NCBI GenBank assembly: GCA_031082145.1
Contig: JAVHLP010000001.1
Location: forward strand, 508,885 to 572,884
Origin: a bacterium
Lineage (GTDB): Bacteria > Bacillota > Sulfobacillia > UBA995
Length of the DNA: 64,000 nt
Direction: 5' to 3'
How positions within the stretch are numbered: the first letter of the stretch is position 1; every line of letters begins with the position of its first letter. Both the position numbers and the translations under genes were made by a program. This document shows positions 28,807 to 38,711 of this stretch, piece after piece. Below the pieces are notes generated by a model. It did no database searches. It saw nothing but the letters and a program-made list of their open reading frames with translations, and was not told where the DNA came from.

Positions 28807-28922
28807 GTCCGACCTCTCTCCAAGGAGTCGGGCAGGGTTTCCCCGCCGCACGCCTCCGCACCTTCGGGTGCGCGAAGGAAACCCCCAGCTGTCAGGGATG
28901 GATGGGGAACTCGGTGCGGAGT

Positions 28923-31900
28923 TCAGCCGCCTTCTCCCATGCCCGCCCTGGCCTGAAAGACCAGGCTGCGGATGAACTCCTCGCGGTTGGGGTTGTTCTT
29001 GCCGTCATAGTAGACGGCGATCATGGGCAACCCGGTGTCTCTCCGCAAGGCAGTGAGCTGAGCCTCGACCACCGAGCCGGGCATGCAGTTGAAGGGAGCC
29101 ACGAAGATGATCCCCTGGATCTCCCCCTGACGCGCCAGGGCCAGGGGCCGGCCAATGGTCATGGGAGGCTCGCCACCGTAGTGGTTCGACACGTAGGCGG
29201 CGGACAGCTCCCGCAGTTCGGCCGGGGCGGGCTCGCGTCCCATCCCGCCGGCGACGGCGATGCGGTGCTCTTCGCGGTGGGCCAGGGCGTCCAACCCCCT
29301 GAAAGCCAGTTGGCGCATGAACCCGCCCGGCCCGCGGCTCTGCCGGTAGAAGGTTAAGGCCTCCTCGTAGTTCACGTAAGCGCTGAACTGGAAGAGCTCT
29401 GAAGCCGGGGAGAGCGAGACCTCACCCCCCGCCTGCTCCACCTTGCGGATGAGTTCCTGGTTGCAGCGATCATCCAGGCGCACGTAGAACTCACCGGACA
29501 CGGCGATGCGGGGGCGACGCTCGCCGGTGCTGGGGAGCCGGGCGAAGGCGGCCGCGGCCCGCCGCACCAGGTCCTCAAAGGGTTCGCGGTAGCTGCCGGA
29601 GACCACCCGGGAGAGGTTCATCCGGCTGCGGGCCAGCAGGCCCACCAGTTCGGCGGCGTACTGCTCGAAGCAAGCCTCGGCCGACCCCGGCTCCCGCTCA
29701 TAGGGTCGCGTCGCCAGCAGCAGCTTATGCAGGGCGTCCATGGCGAGGAGGCCCGCGTAGGTTCCGGCGGCGAAGGTCAAGCCGAAGCGGCCGACCGTCT
29801 CGCCCAAGGTCACCGAGCAGACGCGGCGGTCGCCGTGACCGGCCCGGTTCAGAACCAGGGCCTGGGTAGGCGCATACAGCCCGTAGCGGCAGGGACCCCA
29901 AGCCCCACCCTGGAAGAAGGTCACCCTCTCCTCACCGTTCCGCTCCAGGTACTCCAGGTAATCCTGTACGTTCTGGATGAGGGGCAGGCACTCGTCTCCG
30001 TTGACATGGCGGCGGGCCAGGGAGAGGTCCGGGTCGGCGCTGCGGGGCAGCAGGCCGGCGGGTACGCCGAAGCGCTCGAATAGGGCGGCAAAGACGCGGG
30101 CATGGGGGCTAGGCTCAGGCACCAGGATCTTGCCGTCCAGCTTCGCCAGTGACGCCGTCCGCGAGGAGAGGACGGTTGGCCCGGAGCCGGCCGGCCGGGC
30201 CCGGCAGGTGTTCTTGAACGCCTCCAGTCTGGTGATCATGCCGGCGGGGGCGGTGTGCTCGTCCATGGTTAGCCGGAGGCCAATGGTGACCATATCCAGG
30301 TAGTGCCGCAGCATGGCGTTGGGCCCGCACTTGAAAGGATCCTGCAAGACGGTGTGTAGGACCGGCAACCCGGCGGCGGCCCGCTGGTTCAGGTAGCGGG
30401 CCACGAAGGCAGCCGACAACATCCGCTGGGCCTGGGCCGGGTAGATGTGATGTACGCGTTCCCGGAAGCGGCTGAACTCCCGCTTGAAGTCCTCGCGCGA
30501 GCCCAGCCAGGGCGATGGCAGCCGCCCCTCGTACCAGCCCGCCACGTAAGCAAGCAGGTACTCCTGGGGCAGCGCGATGATGCCGGCCTGCCGGGCGTAC
30601 CGGAGCGATCGCTTGGAGGCCTCCTCGTCGTAGACGGTGTAGGGCCTGCCGACGAAGACGGCGGCGATGACGTCACCCCGGGCGTGGCGGGGGAGTTCCT
30701 CCTCCACCGCCCGCCTCCCCTCGCGCTCCATGGCCCGGTCGAATCCTGTCTGCTCACGGTACGCGGCAGCCACCGCCCGGGCGAGTCGCTCCTCGGTGTA
30801 GCGGCCGCCCAAGACCTTGCGGGCCAGAGGACGGAGTTGCTCCCTGACCGCTCGCCGGCCCCGCCGGTAATTGAGCTGCGCGTAGAGGACCCGGCCGGGA
30901 GGGAGGTCAACGGCGGCGGTGACCGTTCCCCACGCAGTCTGCAGCAGCGGGCAGGTGAAGCCCCGGGGCCAAGGCCGGGCCCAGGGCAAGGGTTCCAGGT
31001 CCACCACATCGGGGAGGAACACGTAGTCAAGCTCTCTCTCGGCCAGTTCCTGGTACTGCCCGACCAGGATCTCCATGGGGTAGCACATCTCACCGTCCAG
31101 CCGCCGCTTGCCCTCTTGTAAGGAGTGGTCGGCACCACCCTGGGCTACGACCACCCGCAGGCCCAATTCACGCAAGAAGGCGGCCCAAAAAGGATAGAGG
31201 TCGAAGAAGAGTCCCCCGCGAGCGAGCCCCACCGACGGCCCCTCGGGCAGCACCTCAATCTGCCGAAAGAGGTCGTTGCGGCGGGCCACGTAGTCGGGGA
31301 GGTGGGAGTACCGGGAGGCCCGCCTGGCTTCAATGCCGGAGTAGCGCCCACAGCGGTCGCCATAAAGCGTGGAGCCGCCGTCGGCAAAGGTCAGGACGTC
31401 CAGTAGGCAGTTGTGTCCCTGCTCACACCGGGCACTGCAATTGCGCTGGCCGCGGGTGAATGCGTGCAGGGTGTCCAGGCCACGGAACTCCTGGTCCGCC
31501 GGTTGTCCCCGTTCATGAAAGCGTTTGGCCATCAAGGCGCTGCCCAGGGCGCCGGTGAGTTCCGGCGAAGGCGGCACGGTGACGTCTCTGCCCGCCTCGG
31601 CCGCGAATGCGCTAGCCAGGGCATGGTTCTTGGCCGTGGCGCCGGTGAAGATGATCCTGCCCTCGAGGGGACGGTTCTCGGCCGTCTTGCGGAGGTAGTT
31701 GCGGGCGGCCGAGTAGGCCAAACTAGCCAGTTGGGCGGAGAGGGGAAGGCCCTGGGAAGCCGCCGCGGCCAGCGCCGATTGGGAGAGCAGGGTACAGGTG
31801 TCCCCAAGGTCGATGGCGTAATCGGCGGCGAATGCCTCGGCCGAGAACCCAGTGGCGATGTCCACTCCCAACAGGCTGGCCAGGTTCTCCAGGAAGGTAC

Positions 31901-33269
31901 CCGTTCCCGCCGCGCAGACCGGGTTCATGCGGTAGTCATGCAGGACTCCCTGCTTGAGCAGGAGGAACTTGGCGTCCTCGCCTCCAATCTCGATAATCGA
32001 GAGGTCCTCACCATCACCGCAGGCGTACTTGACGCCCTCCGCCTGGCACGTGATCTCGTCCACCGCGTACTCGGCCCCGATCGTCTTCTGGGAGAGGAAT
32101 CTCCCCGAGCCGGTGGTGCAGGCGATGATGCGGGAGCCCGCGACCAGGCTACCGAACTGCTCCCGGACCTGTCGCATGAGCTCCAGCACCTGTAGCGCGG
32201 GGCGGCCGGCGGTGGGCAGGTAGACACCCCCGATGACCGTGCCCTGGCGGTCCAACAGGGCGCACTTGGTGGACACCGACCCGCAGTCTACTCCCAGGTA
32301 GATGAGAGAGGTGTCCAATCCCCGGGGGCGCTCTGCCGCCGGCTGCATGTAGTGTACCTGCCCCGGGTTAAGCCGGCCGAGGGGGTTGAGACAAGCATAG
32401 GGGCGGGCCAGCATACCCGCGAAGTCAAGCTGCTCCAGGGTCGTCGCCGGGCCCTCCCCCGCCGCCCCCCGGGCCGGAAGGTACTCGTGGTCAGGGGGGA
32501 CGACTACCCGGCCGTCACCGCAGCACTCGCCGAGGTAGTGAAGAACTGCCGGGTTATTGGCGACTCCACCCACCACGGCCACCCGGCTCCGGGTCCGGGG
32601 CCGGCCCTGGGCGACGCTGTGGACAACCATCTCGGCCAGGGCTTGGGCCAGGCCGGCGGCTACCCCGCTCCGGGTGGCTCCCTCGTTGATGGCGTGGGTC
32701 ATGTCCGATTTCGCGAAGATGGCGCAGCGCCCGGAGATCCGCACCGGGGAGTCGGCGGCTAGAGCGAGGTCGGCCATCCCCCGGTCGTCAAGCCCCATGC
32801 GGGTGGCCTGCTGGTACCAGAATGACCCGCTTCCCGCGGCACACTGGCCATTCCGGTTGAAGAAACTCGGCGCCCCTCCGGGCCCCAGTTCCAGGTAGTA
32901 CATGTTCTCGTGCCCGAGCGACAGGACGGCCTCGGTCCGCACCCCGCCGGCGACCAGCCCCCTGGCCAAAGCCTCTATCTCCAGTACCGGCTCGGACCCG
33001 AGTTCACCGGCCAGGAGGTGGGCGTTGGCCCCCGTCAGGCCCAGACGGAAGCGGCGGGTGCGGTCGTCTCCGAGGAGACGGGTCAGGCACTCCCGGGCAC
33101 TCTGCACCGGCCGGCCGGCGGTGGGCACGATCGCCCGCCGAACCGTCTCCCCGTCCACCAGCACACCCTTGACGGCGAAAGTCCCCAAATCCAGCCCGAG
33201 GGCTGGCAGATCACTGGTAGTTGCTGCCAAGCGGATCACCTTCCCGGCCTTTCTTCTTCCACGGAGCAT
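28923..33269 (-). CDS. Fusion protein: two BadF/BadG/BcrA/BcrD (HgdC-like) activase ATPase domains plus an HgdB-like (2-hydroxyacyl-CoA dehydratase D-component) domain
   Basis: 1448 aa. Two ASKHA-type ATPase repeats (LGLDLGTFAVKG...; YLGVDCGSVSTKCALLD...IIACTTGSGR...). Long C-terminal region with conserved Cys spacing as in HgdB/DUF2229. Start ambiguous between 33240 and 33269. Confidence 0.75.
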   Translation of the reverse strand: MLRGRRKAGKVIRLAATTSDLPALGLDLGTFAVKGVLVDGETVRRAIVPTAGRPVQSARECLTRLLGDDRTRRFRLGLTGANAHLLAGELGSEPVLEIEALARGLVAGGVRTEAVLSLGHENMYYLELGPGGAPSFFNRNGQCAAGSGSFWYQQATRMGLDDRGMADLALAADSPVRISGRCAIFAKSDMTHAINEGATRSGVAAGLAQALAEMVVHSVAQGRPRTRSRVAVVGGVANNPAVLHYLGECCGDGRVVVPPDHEYLPARGAAGEGPATTLEQLDFAGMLARPYACLNPLGRLNPGQVHYMQPAAERPRGLDTSLIYLGVDCGSVSTKCALLDRQGTVIGGVYLPTAGRPALQVLELMRQVREQFGSLVAGSRIIACTTGSGRFLSQKTIGAEYAVDEITCQAEGVKYACGDGEDLSIIEIGGEDAKFLLLKQGVLHDYRMNPVCAAGTGTFLENLASLLGVDIATGFSAEAFAADYAIDLGDTCTLLSQSALAAAASQGLPLSAQLASLAYSAARNYLRKTAENRPLEGRIIFTGATAKNHALASAFAAEAGRDVTVPPSPELTGALGSALMAKRFHERGQPADQEFRGLDTLHAFTRGQRNCSARCEQGHNCLLDVLTFADGGSTLYGDRCGRYSGIEARRASRYSHLPDYVARRNDLFRQIEVLPEGPSVGLARGGLFFDLYPFWAAFLRELGLRVVVAQGGADHSLQEGKRRLDGEMCYPMEILVGQYQELAERELDYVFLPDVVDLEPLPWARPWPRGFTCPLLQTAWGTVTAAVDLPPGRVLYAQLNYRRGRRAVREQLRPLARKVLGGRYTEERLARAVAAAYREQTGFDRAMEREGRRAVEEELPRHARGDVIAAVFVGRPYTVYDEEASKRSLRYARQAGIIALPQEYLLAYVAGWYEGRLPSPWLGSREDFKREFSRFRERVHHIYPAQAQRMLSAAFVARYLNQRAAAGLPVLHTVLQDPFKCGPNAMLRHYLDMVTIGLRLTMDEHTAPAGMITRLEAFKNTCRARPAGSGPTVLSSRTASLAKLDGKILVPEPSPHARVFAALFERFGVPAGLLPRSADPDLSLARRHVNGDECLPLIQNVQDYLEYLERNGEERVTFFQGGAWGPCRYGLYAPTQALVLNRAGHGDRRVCSVTLGETVGRFGLTFAAGTYAGLLAMDALHKLLLATRPYEREPGSAEACFEQYAAELVGLLARSRMNLSRVVSGSYREPFEDLVRRAAAAFARLPSTGERRPRIAVSGEFYVRLDDRCNQELIRKVEQAGGEVSLSPASELFQFSAYVNYEEALTFYRQSRGPGGFMRQLAFRGLDALAHREEHRIAVAGGMGREPAPAELRELSAAYVSNHYGGEPPMTIGRPLALARQGEIQGIIFVAPFNCMPGSVVEAQLTALRRDTGLPMIAVYYDGKNNPNREEFIRSLVFQARAGMGEGG

Positions 33270-33311
33270 TTCCCTTTGCAGGGAAGATAACCCCCATTCG
33301 GCTGGTACCCG

Positions 33312-34880
33312 CTAGCCGAGGAGCATCCGGGCCACGGCGTGTCCGGACGCACAGCTGACCCCGATTCCCGGGTGGGTCGAAGCCCCCGTCATGTACAGGC
33401 GCCGGAAGGGCGTCCGGAAACGGGACCAGCCCGGCAAGGGACGGAAGAGGTAGAACTGATCAAGCAGGTGGCTGCCGGCACCGGCATCGCCTCGGACGAA
33501 GTTGGGGTTCAGCCGCTCCAGATCGGCCGGGGAGAGAACGTTGCGCGCCAGGATGCACTGCCGGAAACCCGGAGCGTAAGTCTCCAGCAGTGCTACCCGA
33601 TCGGCGAAAGGTTCCTTGATGCGCTCCCAGGGGCCCGGAGGTATGACCCCGGCGGCGTCGCCGGCGACTGCGAAGGGGACGGAGCGGGCCTCCACCCACA
33701 GGACGTGCCGGCCAGGAGGAGCGCGGCCGGGATCCACCACTGTAGGCTGGCTCACCAGGAGTAGGGGCTCCTCTGGCAAGTAGCCGCGCAGGGCCTGGTT
33801 GCAGGCAAGGGAGATGTCGTCCACGCTGCGGGTCAGATGCAGGTTGCCGGCTTCTCCGGCCTCGGCGGCAATCCAGGCCGGGCGGCAGCTCAGGGCAAAA
33901 TCCAGCTTCACCACTGACGGGCCATAGCGATAGGCCCGGACGAGCCGGCCAAATCCGGGCGGGAGTAGGTCCTCGCCGATCAGGTCCAGGAAAAGGTGAG
34001 TCGGGGGAACGCCCGCTACGACGGCCCGCCTCGCCACCACCCGGGCGCCGCCGGAGAGCTCCACGCCACAAGCGGTGGTGCCACGGAGGAGAATGCGAGT
34101 CACCCGTGTGCCGGTGCGGACTTCGCCGCCGAGCGACTGCAGTAACGCGGCCAGTGCCTGGGTAAGTCGCCCGCTACCTCCCTCGGGTATGGCTAGGCCG
34201 GCCCGGGGATCCTGGGCCGCGGCCAGGGCGATCCAGGCCAGAACGGCACCGCCCGCCGTTTCCGGCGTGTGGTCGGCGTGGAAAGCCCAGGGGGCGAACC
34301 AGGCTTTGGCCTTCTCTTGGGTGAAGAAGCGGTCGGCCATGTCCCGGACGGACATGGTCATCAGGTGAGCGAAGTCGACGTTCCCGCGAGACCCCAGCCT
34401 GAGACGCGCGTTCGCCAGCGCCTGCAGTGATCCGGCTGCCGGTACGGGGGAGTTGAGCAGGGCGCTGATGCCCGCCCGCAGGTTGGAGTAGAGGCGATAG
34501 AGACGGCGCCAGCCGTCGGCGTCGGCCGCCGACTGCCGGGTGAGGCTGGCCAGAGTGTGGCTCAAATCCCGGTGCAGGGCGACGAGATCGCCGTCGGGGA
34601 ACAGTGTGGCCGCGGGGAGATCAAACCGCAGGTAGCGCAGCCCGTGGCGCCGGAGTTGGGGGGCGAACTGGCGGTAGAAGGAGGTCAGAAAGATGAGGAG
34701 GTGGCGGTTTGCGAAGGAGTCATGGTGAAACCCCGGCAAGGTCCACTCCGCCGTCCGAACGCCTCCCCCCACCTCCCTGGCTTGCTCAAAGACGACCACC
34801 TTCCACCCCGCCCGGGCCAACACTACGGCCGCCGCGAGGGCGTTGTGCCCCGAGCCGATGAGGATGGCGTCGTAAGTCAC
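33312..34880 (-). CDS. Phytoene-desaturase-family FAD/NAD(P)-dependent oxidoreductase (COG1233-like)
   Basis: N-terminal YDAILIGSGHNALAAAVVLARAG dinucleotide fold, then FExxxxxGG. GTG start at 34880 overlaps the upstream paralog's stop (GTGA). Confidence 0.75.
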   Translation of the reverse strand: MTYDAILIGSGHNALAAAVVLARAGWKVVVFEQAREVGGGVRTAEWTLPGFHHDSFANRHLLIFLTSFYRQFAPQLRRHGLRYLRFDLPAATLFPDGDLVALHRDLSHTLASLTRQSAADADGWRRLYRLYSNLRAGISALLNSPVPAAGSLQALANARLRLGSRGNVDFAHLMTMSVRDMADRFFTQEKAKAWFAPWAFHADHTPETAGGAVLAWIALAAAQDPRAGLAIPEGGSGRLTQALAALLQSLGGEVRTGTRVTRILLRGTTACGVELSGGARVVARRAVVAGVPPTHLFLDLIGEDLLPPGFGRLVRAYRYGPSVVKLDFALSCRPAWIAAEAGEAGNLHLTRSVDDISLACNQALRGYLPEEPLLLVSQPTVVDPGRAPPGRHVLWVEARSVPFAVAGDAAGVIPPGPWERIKEPFADRVALLETYAPGFRQCILARNVLSPADLERLNPNFVRGDAGAGSHLLDQFYLFRPLPGWSRFRTPFRRLYMTGASTHPGIGVSCASGHAVARMLLG

Positions 34881-36460
34881 CGCAGCAGGAGGCGTGCCGT
34901 GATGTAGCCGGGGTTGGTGCTTATGCCCAGGCCGGGATGGGTGGCCGCCCCGGTCAAGTAGAGCCTGCGGATGGGGGTCTGGCCCCTCGACCACCCAGGG
35001 AAGGGGCGGAACAGGTAAGACTGGTCGAGCAGCATGCTACCTGCGGCCACGTCTCCCCGTACCAGGTTGGGGTTGAGTCGCTCCAGGTCATCGGGAGAGA
35101 GTACGCACCGGCCAAGCACACTTGCGCGGAAGCCGGGGGCATAGCCCTCCAGCAAGCCGGTGACCCGGTCGGCGAAGCGGTCCTTGATACGGTCCCAGGG
35201 GCCCGGCTGGATCTCCCCCCCGCTGTCGCCCTTGACCAGGTGGGGAACAGACCGGACGACAACCCAGAGGGTGTGCTTGCCGGGAGGAGCCCGGGTGGGG
35301 TCCAGCACCGTAGGCTGGCTCACGATGAGCAGGGGCTCATCCGGAAGGTACCCCCTGAGGGCCTGGTTGTGAGCATGCGACATGCTGTCCACCCCGGAAG
35401 CGAGGTGGAGATTGCCCGCCCGCCCGACTTCGTCGCCGGCGATCCAGGCGGGAGCCCGGTCCAGGGCATAGTCGATCTTGACCACGGACAGGCCATAGCG
35501 ATACCTGCGGACCAGTTCGAGGAAGGCCCCCGGGAGGTGCCCCTCCCCCACCAGGTCGAGGAAGAGCTTGGTGGGAGCGAGTCCGGCCACTACCGCCCGG
35601 TTTGCTTTGACCCGGGTACCGCCGGCCAGTTCCACCCCTTGGGCGGTCCTGCCCCGCAGCAGTATCCGGACCACCTCTTGGCCGAGATGGATTTCCCCTC
35701 CCAATGACCGGAGTAGAGAGGCGAGGGCTGCGGTGAGCGCCCCGCTGCCCCCTTCGGGGATGGCCAGGCCGGCGCCAGGGTCCTGGGAGGTGCCGAGGAC
35801 GATCCACGAGAGCGCTCCTCCGCCGGCGGTCTCGGGGCTATGATCGGGGTGCAGGGCCCACGGTACGAACCAGGCCCTGGCTTTCGCAGTGGAGAAATGC
35901 CGGCCGGCAAAGTCACCCGCAGACATGATGAGCATCTGAGCGAATTCAACGGTCCCTCGGGGGCCTAGTCCCAGCCGGGGCCGGATCAGCCCGGCCAAGG
36001 CCCGGACGGAGGGGAGAGGCGAACTGAAGAGGGCCACGAAAGTCTCTTGATACCGCTTGTAGAGGTCGTAAAGGAAGCGCCAGCCGTCCGCGTCTGCCGC
36101 GGACTGTTTCCCCAGGCTGCCCAGGGTCTGCTCCAAATCCCGGTGCATGCAGACGGCGTCACCGTCGGGGAAAACACTGGCCAGGGGGACGGGGAACCGC
36201 AGGTACTTCAGCCCGTACTTCTCCAGTTCGGCCCGCATCTGCCGGTAGAAGGGGGATATAAGGATGAACACATGCGTGTTGGCGAGAGCGTCATGCCGGT
36301 ATCCGGGCAGGGTCCACTCGGCAGTGCGGATCGCGCCCCCGACGTCCTGGCCCCGCTCGAAGATGCCGACCCTCCAGCCGGCCTTCGTCAGGAGAATGCC
36401 GGCGGTCAGGGCATTGTGCCCGGCCCCGATCAGGACGGCGTCGTAGACGACCGCGCCCAT
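34877..36460 (-). CDS. Phytoene-desaturase-family FAD/NAD(P)-dependent oxidoreductase (COG1233-like), tandem paralog
   Basis: YDAVLIGAGHNALTAGILLTKAG. About 55-60% identical to the downstream paralog over the full length. Confidence 0.75.
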   Translation of the reverse strand: MGAVVYDAVLIGAGHNALTAGILLTKAGWRVGIFERGQDVGGAIRTAEWTLPGYRHDALANTHVFILISPFYRQMRAELEKYGLKYLRFPVPLASVFPDGDAVCMHRDLEQTLGSLGKQSAADADGWRFLYDLYKRYQETFVALFSSPLPSVRALAGLIRPRLGLGPRGTVEFAQMLIMSAGDFAGRHFSTAKARAWFVPWALHPDHSPETAGGGALSWIVLGTSQDPGAGLAIPEGGSGALTAALASLLRSLGGEIHLGQEVVRILLRGRTAQGVELAGGTRVKANRAVVAGLAPTKLFLDLVGEGHLPGAFLELVRRYRYGLSVVKIDYALDRAPAWIAGDEVGRAGNLHLASGVDSMSHAHNQALRGYLPDEPLLIVSQPTVLDPTRAPPGKHTLWVVVRSVPHLVKGDSGGEIQPGPWDRIKDRFADRVTGLLEGYAPGFRASVLGRCVLSPDDLERLNPNLVRGDVAAGSMLLDQSYLFRPFPGWSRGQTPIRRLYLTGAATHPGLGISTNPGYITARLLLR

Positions 36461-36510
36461 CCCCCTCCCCGGCTATTATCCCCAGACGGGGGAACACCGG
36501 CGGGGGGCGA

Positions 36511-36558
36511 ACAAAAAAGCGAGGAGGCTGGCCACTCCCGTCCGGCCCGGCCCCCTCG
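36511..36558 (-). terminator. Rho-independent terminator after the lipoprotein gene
   Basis: Minus-strand read: GCGAGGGGGCCGGGCC...GGCCAGCCTCCTCGC, then UUUUUUGUU. Confidence 0.65.
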
Positions 36559-36564
36559 CTAGTA

Positions 36565-37302
36565 TCAGCGGGTCACGACCGCGGTCACCCTAAACACAAA
36601 CCCGGAGTCGGCATCATCGCGGTCCACATCGGTTGCCACGATCATCTGGAAGGAGCCGAAGTCGGCGACCGACCAGAGACCGACCGACAATCCCGTGTCC
36701 TCATCACTGACCTTCACGGTAGTGACTTTGGCCGCGACGCTCCCGAAGTTCACCTGTTGGGTGTCAACCACCTCAACGCCGTACCCGGGCCTCCCGTCAG
36801 CCAAGGCCTTCCTGACGTCGAACAGGTCGGCCGTAACCCAGGGCAGGAACAGCGACCCCTCGAAGACGTAGCCGGCTATCCACAGCTCCCGCGCCGCACC
36901 GTCGGTCTCGAACTTGACCGCTTCGCCGCCGGCATCCACCCAGATCGTGTTCATCTCTTCGGGGTTCACGCCATCGGCGATCCGGACCGACACCTTGCTC
37001 ACCTTCTGGCCGCCCACCGTGTCCTCACCGAGGAATTGGTACTCGATCTCCATCTGGTCGACCTCATCACCGGCATCGAGGAAGGCCGAGGTGTAGGTCA
37101 GACCGCTGAGGACGCCCATCAGTTCGGTGATGTTGGTGGGGTTGAAGAGAGCAGGAAACATCGGGGCGGGAGCCTTGGCCGGCGCGTCGGGAACTACCGG
37201 TCCCGCGGCCTGCCCGTCGCCGGCTTTCCTGCAACCGATCGTCATCAACATCAAGGCCACCAGGATCAAACCGGTCAGCAAACGACCACGCTTTGACATC
37301 AT
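36565..37302 (-). CDS. Lipoprotein, function unknown
   Basis: Lipobox LMTIGC after a hydrophobic N-terminus. Confidence 0.5.
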   Translation of the reverse strand: MMSKRGRLLTGLILVALMLMTIGCRKAGDGQAAGPVVPDAPAKAPAPMFPALFNPTNITELMGVLSGLTYTSAFLDAGDEVDQMEIEYQFLGEDTVGGQKVSKVSVRIADGVNPEEMNTIWVDAGGEAVKFETDGAARELWIAGYVFEGSLFLPWVTADLFDVRKALADGRPGYGVEVVDTQQVNFGSVAAKVTTVKVSDEDTGLSVGLWSVADFGSFQMIVATDVDRDDADSGFVFRVTAVVTR

Positions 37303-37381
37303 GTCTGGTCCTCCCTTCTCGCGGCCTCTGGAGTATTCGACCGCGAGGCGACGATTCCTGCCCTCACGGCCTCAGCAGCAG

Positions 37382-38005
37382 CTAGTGGTCACTCTCACTG
37401 GCGGCCCCGGGTCGGCTACCGGCCCGGAGCCATGCTCCGGCGAAGGCAGCCGATCCCAAGAGGGTCAATGGCTTTCCCGCCGCCAGCCCGGGGCACCGTA
37501 CCCCGGGCTGGCCGGCAACCAGAGGGCCACCCTCGGCCAGGACCCGGCTGGAGAGCCACACAAACCCCTCCACGGTATCCCGGGGACTGCTGATCGGCTC
37601 GCCGCTCGCGACGCGAACCCGGTAGACCGCACAGACGTATCCATCGAGGTCGATCGGCGAACTCGGGGTCTGCTGCCGCCATATGAAGGCCGGCCGGGGT
37701 GTCTCTCGCTCCGGAAGCTCGACGGCTAGAGGTCCTGCATCCAGGAACAGGTGGGTCAAGGGAGAGTCCTGAACCGCCGCCGCCAGGCCGGCTTCCTCCC
37801 TGATCTCCCGCCTCAAGGCTTCCACCAAGGTCTCCCCCGGCTCGGGCCGCCCGCCCAGCCCAAATACCAGGCCGTCCCCGGTTCGGGCGAAGAGCCAGTG
37901 TCCCGCCCGGCCGATCATGGCCCCGGTACTGATCCTGGACCCCAGGAGTTTCAGTGCTTCCTGGAGCCCCTGCCGCCGCACGAGTTCAACCCATCCCTTG
38001 GTCAT
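37382..38005 (-). CDS. NUDIX hydrolase
   Basis: Nudix box GGRPEPGETLVEALRREIREEAGL. Confidence 0.75.
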   Translation of the reverse strand: MTKGWVELVRRQGLQEALKLLGSRISTGAMIGRAGHWLFARTGDGLVFGLGGRPEPGETLVEALRREIREEAGLAAAVQDSPLTHLFLDAGPLAVELPERETPRPAFIWRQQTPSSPIDLDGYVCAVYRVRVASGEPISSPRDTVEGFVWLSSRVLAEGGPLVAGQPGVRCPGLAAGKPLTLLGSAAFAGAWLRAGSRPGAASESDH

Positions 38006-38703
38006 GGCCGGGCGGCGAAAGTGGCCAGCACCGTCTCGGCGCCCCGCACCCGGTCACCCACCCGGCAGTGCACGGTGACCGCGGGATCGAAGATCACCAG
38101 GTCAACCTGTGACCCCCGGTCGATGAAGGAGATCTTCTGCCCTGCCGCGACCCGGTCACCCTCCCGCACGAAGCAGGTTATCCGGTTCACAACGCGATCG
38201 CAAATCTCCACCGCCGCCACCATGCGCTCCCCGGCCTGGAACACGATGGTGTTCCGCTCGTTGACCAGACGGTAACGGGCCGTCAGCAGGTCGGCCGGCC
38301 GGCGCAGGAAGGTCAGGCGGAAGAAACTGAGCAAGCCAACCATGGACAGGTTGATCCCGGTTGGGGTGTAGACCACCCGGGTCACCTCGCCGGCCATGGG
38401 GGCGTAGTTAAAGTGCACGTCCAGGGGGGACATGTAGATGCCTACCAGCCAACCTTCTTTCTGGGGCAGGTCCAGGCGGAGGATCTCCTCCACCTGGATC
38501 CGGGTCCCCTGCTTTTCGGCCACCACCTCACCACCGGCGAAGGGACGGACATAGAGGACGATGCCGTCGGCAGGGGAGACCACGGTGTCAGGCCGGTCCG
38601 GGGCACGACGGGGGGGATCGCGATAGAACCAGACCCGTTGCAGGAAGACATAGGCGCCCGCCAGGGCCGCCAGCGTAACTACCAGGTATGCGAGCAGTTC
38701 CAT
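38002..38703 (-). CDS. Phosphatidylserine-decarboxylase-related protein (Psd / archaetidylserine decarboxylase-like)
   Basis: N-terminal TM helix, PADG, and a GS-like processing motif region as in small Psd-like proenzymes. Start at MELLAYL. Confidence 0.6.
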   Translation of the reverse strand: MELLAYLVVTLAALAGAYVFLQRVWFYRDPPRRAPDRPDTVVSPADGIVLYVRPFAGGEVVAEKQGTRIQVEEILRLDLPQKEGWLVGIYMSPLDVHFNYAPMAGEVTRVVYTPTGINLSMVGLLSFFRLTFLRRPADLLTARYRLVNERNTIVFQAGERMVAAVEICDRVVNRITCFVREGDRVAAGQKISFIDRGSQVDLVIFDPAVTVHCRVGDRVRGAETVLATFAARP

Positions 38704-38711
38704 TCCTCCTC

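Noticed and set aside
28482-29357. 291-aa plus-strand ORF
   Set aside because: Antisense across the lipoprotein/fusion-gene junction.
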